Assembly (NCBI GenBank): GCA_041640655.1
Contig: JBEPZV010000021.1
Span: forward strand, 1 to 40,380
Direction: 5' to 3'
Length of the DNA: 40,380 nt
Source: a bacterium
GTDB lineage: Bacteria; Acidobacteriota; Blastocatellia; HR10
Both the position numbers and the translations under genes were made by a program. The notes beneath the pieces are model-generated. The model saw only the letters and a program-made list of their open reading frames with translations, ran no database searches and was not told the origin of the DNA. Positions 17,718-27,283 of this stretch are shown here, in pieces (the stretch's first letter is position 1; each line of letters starts with the position of its first letter).

Positions 17718-18677
17718 TCACTCCCACAAGCGCACAGGCTGACCGAGCCCCTCCTGGCGAGCGCGCTCGAAGACGCGGACGGCGACCGCCACATCCTCCA
17801 GGGCGATGCCCAGGGATTTGAAGAGCGTGATGTCAGCAGGCTGCGTGCGAGCCACGTAGCGTCCGGCGACGACGTCCTTCAACTCATGGACGGCGTCCCA
17901 CGCCAGGCGTCCGCGTTCGATCGCGTGCAGGAACTCCCCGCATTCCAGACGCGCCTGATCCTTCGAATCCACGACGATCGCGCGCGCCCGTCGGATCACC
18001 TCCTCGTCGAATTCGCGACGAAGGAGCGCATTCCCGCCGATCGCGTTGATGTGCACCCCCTCGGGCACCCACCGGCCGTCGAAGACCGGTTCGCGCGCCG
18101 TCGTCGCCGTGACGAGGATGTCGGCGTCGGCGACGACCGCTTCGGGCCGCTCCGCCGGGCGGACGTCTATGCCCAAGGCCGCCGTCATCTCTCGGCAGAA
18201 CGCCTCCCGTCGCTCGCGCGTGCGACTATAGGCGAGGACACGACGGATGGGCCTCACGGCGCAGATGGCCTGCACTTGGCTGCGCGCCTGCCACCCGGTT
18301 CCGAAGATCCCGAGCGTCCGCGCATCGGGTCGCGCCATATATCGGGTCGCGACACCACTGGCCGCTCCCGTGCGCATCTGTCCGAGCCGATCGGCCTCAA
18401 TCAGCGCCATGAGCGATCCCGTCTCCGCATCGTAGAGCAGGATGAGAAACCGCGTGCCCCCGGGAAAGGACGTATAGGCCTTGAATCCCAGGACGCCTCG
18501 CGTGAGCACAGCCGCGCTCATCAGATGCAGGGTCCCGCGCGGGACGCGCAGCCGACGGCGCGGCTCGTTGATGGCCCGCCCCTCCGCTTGCTCGCGAAAG
18601 GCTTCCTCAACGGCCTCCAGCGCCAGCTCCATCGTCAGCACGCGTTCCACATCGGTTTCGGTCAGCAGCCACGCCAT
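17718..18677 (-). CDS. Ornithine cyclodeaminase/mu-crystallin family (imine reductase or alanine dehydrogenase-like)
   Basis: RTGAASGVAT, GIFGTGWQA, HINAIG, TLFKSLGIALED; SD GAGGGGAG. Confidence 0.9.
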   Translation of the reverse strand: MAWLLTETDVERVLTMELALEAVEEAFREQAEGRAINEPRRRLRVPRGTLHLMSAAVLTRGVLGFKAYTSFPGGTRFLILLYDAETGSLMALIEADRLGQMRTGAASGVATRYMARPDARTLGIFGTGWQARSQVQAICAVRPIRRVLAYSRTRERREAFCREMTAALGIDVRPAERPEAVVADADILVTATTAREPVFDGRWVPEGVHINAIGGNALLRREFDEEVIRRARAIVVDSKDQARLECGEFLHAIERGRLAWDAVHELKDVVAGRYVARTQPADITLFKSLGIALEDVAVAVRVFERARQEGLGQPVRLWE

Positions 18678-18704
18678 GTCCCCTCCCCTCAAAGCGTCCT
18701 CGGG

Positions 18705-19124
18705 TCAGCTCCGCTCCCCGCGCGAGGGTTCATACGTCGCGAACGAGCTCTCGGTCTCCCACACGGTCACCCGCGCGACGGGGAAGCCCCGCTCGGCCGC
18801 CACGTCGAAGATGAGCTTGGCGAGCGCTTCGGCCGTCGGATTCGTGTCCAACACGAAGCAGGCGACGCCATGCTCCCGCAAGATCGGCAACAACGGATCG
18901 TCCTTGCACAAGACCATCTTGTGATCAATGTGCTCATCAATCCACGATTTCACGACCGCCTTGATCTCATCGAAGTCCACGACCATGTGGCGGTCGTCCA
19001 ACCGCTCGGCGGCCAGCTCGACCTCCGCGCGGGCATTATGCCCGTGCAGATTGCGGCACTTCCCCGCGTAGTTCAAGAGCCGATGGCCGTAGCAGAAGAA
19101 GATCTCCTTCGTCGCCCTGAACAT
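18705..19124 (-). CDS. queD: 6-carboxytetrahydropterin synthase (PTPS-I)
   Basis: GHRL, CRNLHGH (CX3HGH), MVVDF, DHK, PTAEALA, VWET. Confidence 0.88.
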   Translation of the reverse strand: MFRATKEIFFCYGHRLLNYAGKCRNLHGHNARAEVELAAERLDDRHMVVDFDEIKAVVKSWIDEHIDHKMVLCKDDPLLPILREHGVACFVLDTNPTAEALAKLIFDVAAERGFPVARVTVWETESSFATYEPSRGERS

Positions 19125-19152
19125 CTCTCCCCTCCTCGATGTTGCGCCCGGA

Positions 19153-19890
19153 TCAGGGGCCGATGAGCCGGCCCCCGTCCACGACGAGCGTATGTCCGGT
19201 GATGAAATCGCTCCCCTCGATCAGAAAGAGGACGGCGCGAACGACGTCCTCGGGCGATCCGAGCCGCTTGAGCGGCGTCCCCTCGATGATCGCTCGAATC
19301 TCGTCCTCGCCATAGTCCTCCGGCAGAAGGACCGGACCGGGCGCGACGGCATTGACCAGGATCGTCGGCGCTAACGTCCTCGCCAAGACTTGCGTCAGTG
19401 CGATCAATCCCGCCTTCGAGACGCAATACGGGATGTAGCCCGCGTACGGGCGAAATCCCGCCCAATCGGCGATGTTGATGATCTTCCCCCCACCCTGCTC
19501 CCGCATGAAGCGCGCGGCATACTGCGCGCAGAAGAAGGGCGCCTTGAGATTCACATCGAGATTGAGATCCCACTGCTCCTCGGTGATCGAGCCAAAAGGC
19601 GTTCGGAAGAAGACCGAGGCATTGTTCACCAGGATGTCGAGGCGGCCGAGAGCATCCGCCGCGCGCTCGATCAATCGTTCGATCTCCCGGACATTCGCCA
19701 AATCTGCCTGCAGCGCGAGCGCACGAACACCCCGCGCCTCAATCTCACGCGCGGTCTCGCGCGCCGCATCCTCGGAACGATGATAGTGGATGACGATGTC
19801 TGCCCCACGCTCCGCCAAGGCGAGCGCGATCGCGCGCCCGATGCGCTTGGCCGCTCCCGTGATCAAGACGCCTCGCCCTTTGATCTCCAC
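19153..19890 (-). CDS. SDR oxidoreductase, pteridine reductase (FolM/PTR1)-like
   Basis: TGAAKRIG (Arg-containing PTR1/FolM-type Gly motif), IHYHRS, VNNAS, YCVSK, VNAVAPG; start GTG 19890. Confidence 0.82.
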   Translation of the reverse strand: MEIKGRGVLITGAAKRIGRAIALALAERGADIVIHYHRSEDAARETAREIEARGVRALALQADLANVREIERLIERAADALGRLDILVNNASVFFRTPFGSITEEQWDLNLDVNLKAPFFCAQYAARFMREQGGGKIINIADWAGFRPYAGYIPYCVSKAGLIALTQVLARTLAPTILVNAVAPGPVLLPEDYGEDEIRAIIEGTPLKRLGSPEDVVRAVLFLIEGSDFITGHTLVVDGGRLIGP

Positions 19891-20095
19891 GCCTTTCGGT
19901 TCTCCCTGCAGAAATAGGGAAGATGATACGGGCTCTCCGAACACCATGCAAGGTGGTGCGTTCTTCCGCCGCCGTTTGCCGACGCTCACGCGCGCTTCGC
20001 CACAAGAGGCGCCGAATCACATTCTGCACGAAAGCGCTCGGCGCCTCAGGAGCTGCGGCATGTGGCGGCCGATCAGTGACGTTTCGGCGATGGGC

Positions 20096-20827
20096 TCACG
20101 CGCGGGATCTGGGCGACCCCCCTCCCATGAGGAGGAGCCAGGGTCGGATCGCGGCTTCCGCGATGATGCGCGTGCTCATCTTGGAGGCCCCGGCATTCCG
20201 TTCGGTGAAGATGATCGGGACCTCGACGATGCGGAATCCGCGCCGATGGGCTCGATACAGGGTCTCGATTTGAAACGCATACCCCTCGGATCGGACTGAG
20301 GGCAGGTCAATGGCTCGAAGCGCTTCCGCGCGCCAACAGCGGAAGCCGCCGGTGGTATCGAACACCGGCAGGCGCGTGATCGCCCGGACATACGCGTTGG
20401 CGAAGATGCTCAAGATCAGGCGCCAGAGGGGCCAATGGACGACACTCACGCGGCCACCCACGTATCGCGAACCAATGACCAGATCGGCTTCGTTCGCGGC
20501 GCGCAGCAGATCACCGATGTAGCGCGGATGGTGCGAGAGGTCCGCATCCATCTGAATCACGAATTGCGGCCCGCGCGCCAGCGCCCAGAGCATCCCCTCG
20601 ACGACCGAGCGCGCGAAACTCCGACGCCCCTGACGACGCAAGACGTGCACGCGCGCGTCCGTCACCGCTATCTCCTCCACGACCTCGGCCGTTCCATCAG
20701 GCGAATCATCATCCACGACGACGATGCCTGCCGCAGGCGCGTGCGCGCGAAGCTCCGCGATGAGTCGCGCGATGTTCGCTCGCTCGTTGTACGTCGGAAT
20801 GACGACCTGAACGGCCGGCGCTCCCAT
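20096..20827 (-). CDS. Polyprenol-monophosphomannose synthase-like GT2
   Basis: VIPTYNE, VDDDSPDGT, QMDADLSH, IGSRY, DTTGGFRC, GYAFQIE, EVPIIFTER. Confidence 0.9.
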   Translation of the reverse strand: MGAPAVQVVIPTYNERANIARLIAELRAHAPAAGIVVVDDDSPDGTAEVVEEIAVTDARVHVLRRQGRRSFARSVVEGMLWALARGPQFVIQMDADLSHHPRYIGDLLRAANEADLVIGSRYVGGRVSVVHWPLWRLILSIFANAYVRAITRLPVFDTTGGFRCWRAEALRAIDLPSVRSEGYAFQIETLYRAHRRGFRIVEVPIIFTERNAGASKMSTRIIAEAAIRPWLLLMGGGSPRSRA

Positions 20828-20959
20828 ATCGCCCGAGAGCGTAGTCGAAACGGTCCGCGGGCGTCAAACGCGTCACCAGCTCCCGACCTCAGAAAGAACA
20901 CTCGGCCCCTCGGCATGGGCGACGAGGTCGCGTATAATTCCAGGTCATCGGCGAGGTGT

Positions 20960-21370
20960 ATGCGCATCTTGTGGCCGACGGTGAATGCGCTCCTGAATAT
21001 GACGAGCGCGCTTCTTCTGACCGCCGGGTATCGCTTCATCCGAAGGCGGCGCGTGCGGGCCCATCGAGCGTGCATGCTCGGAGCGGTGACCAGCTCGGCG
21101 CTCTTCCTCCTCTCCTATGTGCTCTATCACACGTTTCACGGCGCGACGCCCTTTCCCAAAGGCGGATTCATCCGCGTCCTGTATCTGGCCGTCTTGATCT
21201 CGCACACGGTCTTGGCCCTCGTCATCCTCCCCCTGGTGCTGCTGACGCTCCTGCGCGCGTTGCGCGCGGAATACTCGCGACACCGACAGATCGCCCGATG
21301 GACGCTCCCGCTCTGGCTCTACGTCTCAATCACGGGCGTCGCGATCTACGTGATGCTCTATCACTGGTGA
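20960..21370 (+). CDS. DUF420 (YozB-like) membrane protein
   Basis: PTVNALLN, AHRACM, FLLSYVLYH, LISHTVLA, HRQIARWTLPLWLYVSITGVAIY; SD GAGGTG; TATAAT at 20933. Confidence 0.85.
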   Translation: MRILWPTVNALLNMTSALLLTAGYRFIRRRRVRAHRACMLGAVTSSALFLLSYVLYHTFHGATPFPKGGFIRVLYLAVLISHTVLALVILPLVLLTLLRALRAEYSRHRQIARWTLPLWLYVSITGVAIYVMLYHW

Positions 21371-21397
21371 ACCTCCCCGCCGTCCCGACGCGCCTTA

Positions 21398-22189
21398 TCA
21401 AATCACGAGGCCGCTCCCCTTCGAGCGGCGATGGACGACGGTGAGCGCCGCCAAGAACGCCAGGAGACTGAACAGCAGCGTCATGCCGAGCGCGAGAGAG
21501 AAGCTCGGTGCCGCCAACGGCTCGTGCAGAAAGAGCAAGCGCTGCACACCGGCCGTGCCGTAGGTCAAGGGGTTCACCCGCATGAGCCACGCCACCCAGG
21601 GCGAAGCCCCACTCATGGGAAAGAGCGCCCCGGAGACGAGCCACATGGGGATGAAGATCAAATTGACGATGGCATGGAACCCATGCGTCGAGTCCACGAC
21701 CCACGCCAGGAGGAAGCCGAACGCCGTGAGGCCGAAGGCCAGCAGGAAGAGAAAGGCCACTAAGCCGAGCACCCGCGCGGGTGTCAGCGGAATGCCGACC
21801 AGCGGCGCCAGCGGCAGCAGGATCACCCCCTGCACGGCGGCGAGCGTCGTCCCCCCCAGGACTTTCCCCAGAACGAGCGCCGCGCGTGGCGCGGGCGAGG
21901 CCAGGACCGATTGCAAGAAACCCGCGTGCCGATCCTCGATGACCGACATCATGCAGAAGACCGAGGTGAAAATGACGATGAGGAGCATCGTGCCGGGGAA
22001 GAAGTATTGCAGATACCCCGCACCATGATCGCCGGCGCGGAACGAATCGCCCAGCCCGGACCCCACCAACCACCAGAAGACGAGCGGCGATCCGATGACA
22101 CCCAGGACGCGACTCCGCTGGCGATAGAAGCGAACCAGCTCCCGGTGCCAGAGGGAGGCAGTCGCCAGAAGGCCGACCGAGAGATTCAT
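21398..22189 (-). CDS. ABC-2 type permease (DrrB-like); no cognate ATPase adjacent
   Basis: RELVRFYRQRSR, YLQYFFPG, IEDRHAGFLQSVLASP, SGALFP, NPLTY; start may instead be 22273 (ATGA overlap). Confidence 0.85.
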   Translation of the reverse strand: MNLSVGLLATASLWHRELVRFYRQRSRVLGVIGSPLVFWWLVGSGLGDSFRAGDHGAGYLQYFFPGTMLLIVIFTSVFCMMSVIEDRHAGFLQSVLASPAPRAALVLGKVLGGTTLAAVQGVILLPLAPLVGIPLTPARVLGLVAFLFLLAFGLTAFGFLLAWVVDSTHGFHAIVNLIFIPMWLVSGALFPMSGASPWVAWLMRVNPLTYGTAGVQRLLFLHEPLAAPSFSLALGMTLLFSLLAFLAALTVVHRRSKGSGLVI

Positions 22190-22269
22190 CGGGAGCAGAT
22201 TCGCCTGCTGCTCGCCCGAAAGCGAAAGCTCGATGTCCCTCACCTCAGGCATGCGCCTCGCTGGAGAAG

Positions 22270-22557
22270 TCATTCGACCGTGACCTTCTCCTCCATTACG
22301 GAGGGAGACGCTTGAGTGGCCGGACGCTTGACGCGGGCGCGAAGTCGCTCGAGCATCCCACTGCGCTTGAGCATCAGGATCGGCTGGATCGAGAAGAGCA
22401 GCGCCAAGAGCGCGCCCGCCAACACAAGGAAAAGGTCATCAATGCCCCCCTTGAAGCGATCGCTCACCACGGTCCAAATCGCCAAGCTCAACGAGCCCAC
22501 TGCGATCAGCACAGAGATGACATTCATGAGCACCGTTTCCTTGATCGCATCCCACAT
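22270..22557 (-). CDS. Small 2-TM membrane protein
   Basis: 95 aa, two hydrophobic helices, strong SD AAGGAGG. Confidence 0.7.
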   Translation of the reverse strand: MWDAIKETVLMNVISVLIAVGSLSLAIWTVVSDRFKGGIDDLFLVLAGALLALLFSIQPILMLKRSGMLERLRARVKRPATQASPSVMEEKVTVE

Positions 22558-22677
22558 CGAACGTCCCTCCTTTGCCGTTGTGGCTCCCTCACCGCTCCCT
22601 CTACCAAGGTCCGATGTCTCACACGCGATCCTGCGCGTTTTGAGAACCCCGCCGGAGTCCTCGCGCGCGAGCTATAT

Positions 22678-22706
22678 ATGATAAGAGCCCTCTCCCTGCG
22701 CTTCAA
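22678..22706 (-). promoter_or_regulatory. sigma70-type promoter
   Basis: Minus strand TTGAAG-17 bp-TATCAT, about 120 nt upstream of ATG 22557. Confidence 0.55.
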
Positions 22707-22787
22707 GCAAAGGACTCGGCGCTCTCATCCTCACTGCGGGAGTGACAGAGGCGAGCCGCCAGGAGGCGGACATCGCCAAGGAGAGCG

Positions 22788-24284
22788 TCACCGCACCAGG
22801 TCGGCGAACTCCAGAAGATGCGCGCGCACGCGTTCGATATCGGGCGCCAGGACGCGATCTTCGGTCAACGTGGGGACCAGCGCGCGAAGGCGCTCGTGCG
22901 CCAGGCGCACGCCGCGCCCCGGTCGCAAGGGCGCTAAATAATCGAGCCCCTGAGCGGCGCAGAGCAACTCGATGGCCAGGATGTATTCGACGTTCTCGAG
23001 CACACGCCGGAGCTTCAGCGCGGCCGTCATCCCCATGCTGACATGATCCTCTTTGTTCCCCGATGTCGGCAGCGAATCCACCGAGGCCGGATGCGCGAGG
23101 ACTTTGTTCTCCCCGACAAGCGAGACGGCGACGATCTGCAGGAGCATCATTCCCGAACACATGCCCGGATTCGTCGTCAGAAACGGCGGCAGCTCGCTCA
23201 GATCGGGATTCACGAGCCGCTCGATCCGACGCTCGGAGATCGCCCCCAATTCGGCGAGCGCCATGGCCAGGTAATCGAAAGCGAGCGCGAGGATCTCGCC
23301 GTGAAAGTTCCCTCCAAGGAGCACCTCCCCCGTCTCCGCGAAGACAAGCGGATTATCCGTCGCGCTGTTGAGCTCAATGCTCAGGACGTTCTCCACATGA
23401 CGGATGACGTCGCGCACGGCGCCGTGCACCTGGGGCATACAGCGCAAACTGTAGGCGTCCTGCAGGCGCGGGCACTCTTTGTGCGAGAGCATGATCTCGC
23501 TCTCCTCGGTGAGACGGAGAACGTGCTCGGCGACCTCGCGTTGCCCGGGATGCGGGCGCACGGCATGCAGGCGCAGATCGCAAGCCGCGTTCGTCCCATG
23601 CAATGCTTCCAGGGACATGGCGCCAGCGACGTCGGCGACGTCGGCCACGCGCTTGGCCCGTTGCAGGCAGAGCGCGCCCACGGCCACCATCGCCTGCGTG
23701 CCGTTGAGCAGCGCGATCCCCTCCTTCGCCTCCAACTGAAGCGGCGCGATCCCGGCCTCGGCGAGCGCCTCGCGAGCTGCTCGACGTTCCCCACGATAGA
23801 TGACCTCTCCCTCGCCGATCATCGCCAGGGCCAGATGCGCCAGAGGGGCCAAATCACCGCTGGCGCCGACCGACCCCCGCGAGGGGACGACGGGATGAAT
23901 CCCCGCGTTCAGCATCCGCACCAGGGTCTCGACCAGGATCGGCCGCACGCCCGAATATCCCTTGGCCAGGACGTTGGCCCGCGCCAGCATCATCGCCCGC
24001 GTCTCGGCCTCGCTGAGCGGCTCGCCGACGCCCGCCGCATGGCTGCGCACGAGGTTCACCTGCAGCTCTCGCGTCGCCTGGAGCGGGATCGTCACCGCGC
24101 TCAACTTCCCGAACCCCGTGTTCACGCCATAGACCACACGCCCGCTGCGCAGGATCTCCTCGACCACGCGGCGCGACGCCTCCATGCGCGTCCAGGCCTC
24201 CGGCGCGATGCCCACAGGTTCGCGCCCGACGGCGACGGCTTCCAGTTGAGCCAGCGTGAGCGAATGCCCATCAATCACGATCAT
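22788..24284 (-). CDS. hutH: Histidine ammonia-lyase
   Basis: YGVNTGFG, NLVRSHAAG (HAL-type SH), GSVGASGDLAPL (MIO Ala-Ser-Gly), QDAYSLRC, GGNFHG, EDHVSMG. Confidence 0.95.
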   Translation of the reverse strand: MIVIDGHSLTLAQLEAVAVGREPVGIAPEAWTRMEASRRVVEEILRSGRVVYGVNTGFGKLSAVTIPLQATRELQVNLVRSHAAGVGEPLSEAETRAMMLARANVLAKGYSGVRPILVETLVRMLNAGIHPVVPSRGSVGASGDLAPLAHLALAMIGEGEVIYRGERRAAREALAEAGIAPLQLEAKEGIALLNGTQAMVAVGALCLQRAKRVADVADVAGAMSLEALHGTNAACDLRLHAVRPHPGQREVAEHVLRLTEESEIMLSHKECPRLQDAYSLRCMPQVHGAVRDVIRHVENVLSIELNSATDNPLVFAETGEVLLGGNFHGEILALAFDYLAMALAELGAISERRIERLVNPDLSELPPFLTTNPGMCSGMMLLQIVAVSLVGENKVLAHPASVDSLPTSGNKEDHVSMGMTAALKLRRVLENVEYILAIELLCAAQGLDYLAPLRPGRGVRLAHERLRALVPTLTEDRVLAPDIERVRAHLLEFADLVR

Positions 24285-25804
24285 CACCCTTCCTCCGCGC
24301 AGAGATCGCGCGTCCGGCGATTTCGCCGCTGCCGCGCTCGAATCTCCACCGTGCGCACCCAATCCTTGTACGCTTCGTACCGATTCTTGACCTCCCAGGG
24401 CAACGCGCGATCAGTGTTGTCCTCCCATCGGCGGGCCAGATAGATCGGCTCGAAGAGCCGCCCGATCTCGTACTCGCGGCTGAGGCGCAGACACACGGCA
24501 TAATCCTCACCATAGCTCACGTTCGGGAATCCGAAGCGACGCAACAGCGGGACATAGTACGCGCGGGGTGCGCCCAAGCCCCTCACGCGCAAAGCATTGT
24601 TCCGCCCGTTCTCGCGCGTCCATTCCCGATGGTCCACCACACCGGGCGGGATCTCCCGAAGCTGAAAATCCACCGTGCGATAGGCGCCGATGACCAGGGC
24701 ATACCGGGGTGTCGGCCACTCGCGACACGGCCGCTCCCACGCCGTCCGCCGAAAAGCCTCCGGATCGAAGAACGTCCGCACGATCGCCTCCAGCGCGTCC
24801 TCACCGGCATAGAGATCATCCGAATCGAGCTGCACGGCGAACAGGCCACACTCCGGAGCGAAGATGGCTTCGTTCCAGCACCCCCCGATCCCCAGATCGC
24901 GACGTTCGGGAATCTTGTGAACGAGCTGAGGAGACGTGCTCGCCCACTGCCGAAGAATCTCCGTCGTTCGATCCGTCGAGTGATTGTCCACGACGATGAC
25001 ATTGTAGGGGAAAGACGTGCGCTGAGAGAGCGCGCTCCGCACGGCGTCGGCGATCGTGCGCTCGCGATTGCGCACGGGGATGACAATGCTCGCCAATACG
25101 GGATATTCGCCCTCAGGCGAGGGGAGGGGAGCGAAGGTCGGCTCCAAATAGGCCCCCAAGCGCCGAAGATGCTCGATGAAGACGCGCTCCATCTCCTGCT
25201 GCGCCGAACGATTGCGCGGATCCACGTAGCGAAAGATCTCCTCCATGGGCTCTCCCTCGCCGAGGACGGCGTCCGAGCCGCGACAGATGGCCAGACACTC
25301 GGGCACGCGCACGATCTCGCCGATGGTCGCGACCTTCAGCCGCAGGTCATAGAGCCCGGCCCATCGGAGATCCGAGGGGATCACGCCCTCGCGCCGCAGG
25401 GCGCGCCGCACGATCTCCTGAGAGAAGAGGAGGATCGGGCCGAAATCGAACTCCTCGCTGACGCTCCCCAATTGGTAATCGTTCACCGAACGCGCGAGCA
25501 ACTCGTCCCCCTTCGCTTCGAAATAATCCGCATAGACGATCCCCGCGCTGCTCTCCTCGGCGACCTGCAGGAGTCGCACGAGCGATCGCTCCTCGATCTC
25601 GACCAGCGGTCCCGCTCGGAGCAGCAGGAAATACTCCGTCGCGACCGAGTCGAGCAGTGCGTTCAGGGCGGCCCCCGAGAATCCGGGATCGAGCCGCAGC
25701 CCCTGAATCGGCACAGGCCCCAGGAACCGATGAAGATGCGCCCGCTGCCGCTCGAACGCGGAGTCCGCCTCGTAGGCGATCACAATCGTGACGCGATCCC
25801 TCAT
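24284..25804 (-). CDS. Glycosyltransferase family 2 (tandem domains, N-terminal one degenerate)
   Basis: SIVIPVRNR, VVDNHSTD, GIGGCWN, VQLDSDD, SYGEDY; overlaps both neighbours. Confidence 0.85.
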   Translation of the reverse strand: MRDRVTIVIAYEADSAFERQRAHLHRFLGPVPIQGLRLDPGFSGAALNALLDSVATEYFLLLRAGPLVEIEERSLVRLLQVAEESSAGIVYADYFEAKGDELLARSVNDYQLGSVSEEFDFGPILLFSQEIVRRALRREGVIPSDLRWAGLYDLRLKVATIGEIVRVPECLAICRGSDAVLGEGEPMEEIFRYVDPRNRSAQQEMERVFIEHLRRLGAYLEPTFAPLPSPEGEYPVLASIVIPVRNRERTIADAVRSALSQRTSFPYNVIVVDNHSTDRTTEILRQWASTSPQLVHKIPERRDLGIGGCWNEAIFAPECGLFAVQLDSDDLYAGEDALEAIVRTFFDPEAFRRTAWERPCREWPTPRYALVIGAYRTVDFQLREIPPGVVDHREWTRENGRNNALRVRGLGAPRAYYVPLLRRFGFPNVSYGEDYAVCLRLSREYEIGRLFEPIYLARRWEDNTDRALPWEVKNRYEAYKDWVRTVEIRARQRRNRRTRDLCAEEG

Positions 25805-26658
25805 ACGGACGCGCGCGCGACCGCGCGCAGGCGCGGATAGTGTTCCAGAAGTGGTTCGGGGACAGCGACCTTCTCCCCCTGCAGAGCCGCTCTCAGCTCC
25901 AACGCGTTGACGGCTCCCTTCCCCCGCACATGATTGTTCGTGATCACGTACACATCGCGCGCGATCTCGCCGATCTGCCGGATCCGCTCGACCCACGGCT
26001 CCAGCTCCTCGGGCGAATAGAGATAGTCATACCGGGCTCCCGGATCAACATTCTCGGCGAACCAGTTCTCGTAATTCCGCCCGTGCAAGCGCACGTATCC
26101 GATGGCCGCCGTCACGCGCGAGGTCGGCGGGAGGGAGCGTTGAAAGATCGGCTGATCAATATTGCAGAATCCCACGCCCTGCTCGGCCAGAAACCGGTAG
26201 ACTTCTTCGACATTCCACGAACTGTGACGCACTTCGACCACGAGCGGATATTCGTGGAATCGTTGAAGCAGCTCCCGCAGATACGCGCGCGCCTCGGGCG
26301 TGTTCTTGAACGACCAGGGGAACTGCACGAGCACGGCTCCCAATCGCCCCGACTCCAGAAGGGGCTCCATGCCGCGCTTGAAGAGCCGCTCGTCCTCGGC
26401 GCTCGCCGTCCCCCGTTCATGCGTGAATTTCTGATAGAGCTTCGCCGTGAACTTGAACCGGGGGTTATGCGCGACGCGGCGCACCCAACTGCGAGTCATT
26501 CGCTCGGTGGGAGGCCGATAGAAGCTGCTGTTGATCTCAAGGGTATCGAAATACTCGGCCACATACGAGAGCGGATCGAAGCCGCGCGGCTGGGGATCTG
26601 GATACACCGTCCCCTTCCAATCTTCGTATGACCAGCCGGCCGGGCCGACGCGGATCAT
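25801..26658 (-). CDS. DUF72 (YecE-like) protein
   Basis: IRVGPAGWSY..W, EINSSFY, LVQFPWSF, VEVRH.SW, YVRLHGRN, YDYLYS, TNNH; SD GGAGGGAG. Confidence 0.9.
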   Translation of the reverse strand: MIRVGPAGWSYEDWKGTVYPDPQPRGFDPLSYVAEYFDTLEINSSFYRPPTERMTRSWVRRVAHNPRFKFTAKLYQKFTHERGTASAEDERLFKRGMEPLLESGRLGAVLVQFPWSFKNTPEARAYLRELLQRFHEYPLVVEVRHSSWNVEEVYRFLAEQGVGFCNIDQPIFQRSLPPTSRVTAAIGYVRLHGRNYENWFAENVDPGARYDYLYSPEELEPWVERIRQIGEIARDVYVITNNHVRGKGAVNALELRAALQGEKVAVPEPLLEHYPRLRAVARASV

Positions 26659-26843
26659 CGCGCTCCCTCCCGCATCCATGCCGAGTAGGAAGATACCACG
26701 AGTCAAACCCTTTCTCAACGGACGGGGAATTCCCCCTCCCGCCCTCCACCAGGAGATGGAGCCGCCACCGAACAAAGCCCGCGAAGCAGGCGTCCGTAAT
26801 GGAGCCCGGAGCGAGCCGGAGGCGAGACCATTCAATAATGGCG

Positions 26844-27152
26844 CCTTCCGCATCAAGCCTGCGGAGCAGGCGTGCGAATATAGCCTAGGGCGAGCCGCAG
26901 GCGAGCCCTCGGGACAGCCCATCCGCGCGGTCGCACGCGGCGTTTGTGTGGACGACGTCACGTTCCGCCTTCCGCATGGGCCGCCCGCTCACGCGGGCTT
27001 GTGGGAATATTGTTGGGGCCTCCTCCTAGGGCTCGCTTCGCTCGCCCTAGGCTAATTTCGAACGCCCGCTCGCGCGGGCTCGCATGCGGAAAGGAATGGA
27101 GCTCTGCTCTCGCTCACTCCGGGCCGAATTCGGTCGCCCGCTCGCGCGGGCT
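26844..27152. repeat. REP/REPIN-like palindromic repeat cluster
   Basis: Left arm agcctgcggagcaggcg..tagcctagggcgagc..gcgagccct (26856-26914) is inverted relative to right arm agggctcgc..gctcgccctaggcta..cgcccgctcgcgcgggct (27024-27080); extra GCCCGCTCRCGCGGGCT hairpins at about 26983 and 27136. Confidence 0.75.
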
Positions 27153-27199
27153 TGGATAAGGGTTCTCAGTGGAACCGAGGGTACTCCCGGAGGAAGACG

Positions 27200-27273
27200 G
27201 ACGCCGGGGCGGTCTCACCCCGGCGTCTCGTGAGGGAACACGGGGTGACCGAGCCGGACCTCCTCGGTCACCC
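27200..27273 (-). terminator. Two tandem hairpins downstream of the second TonB receptor
   Basis: GACGCCGGGG/CCCCGGCGTC (27200-27227) and GGGTGACCGAG/CTCGGTCACCC (27243-27273). Confidence 0.55.
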
Positions 27274-27283
27274 TCGATCCGGT

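Noticed and set aside
12029..19124. queE/queD with a helicase as a dpd (7-deazaguanine DNA modification) island
   Set aside because: No dpdA/TGT-like or other dpd genes; the helicase is ordinary PcrA and the neighbours are housekeeping
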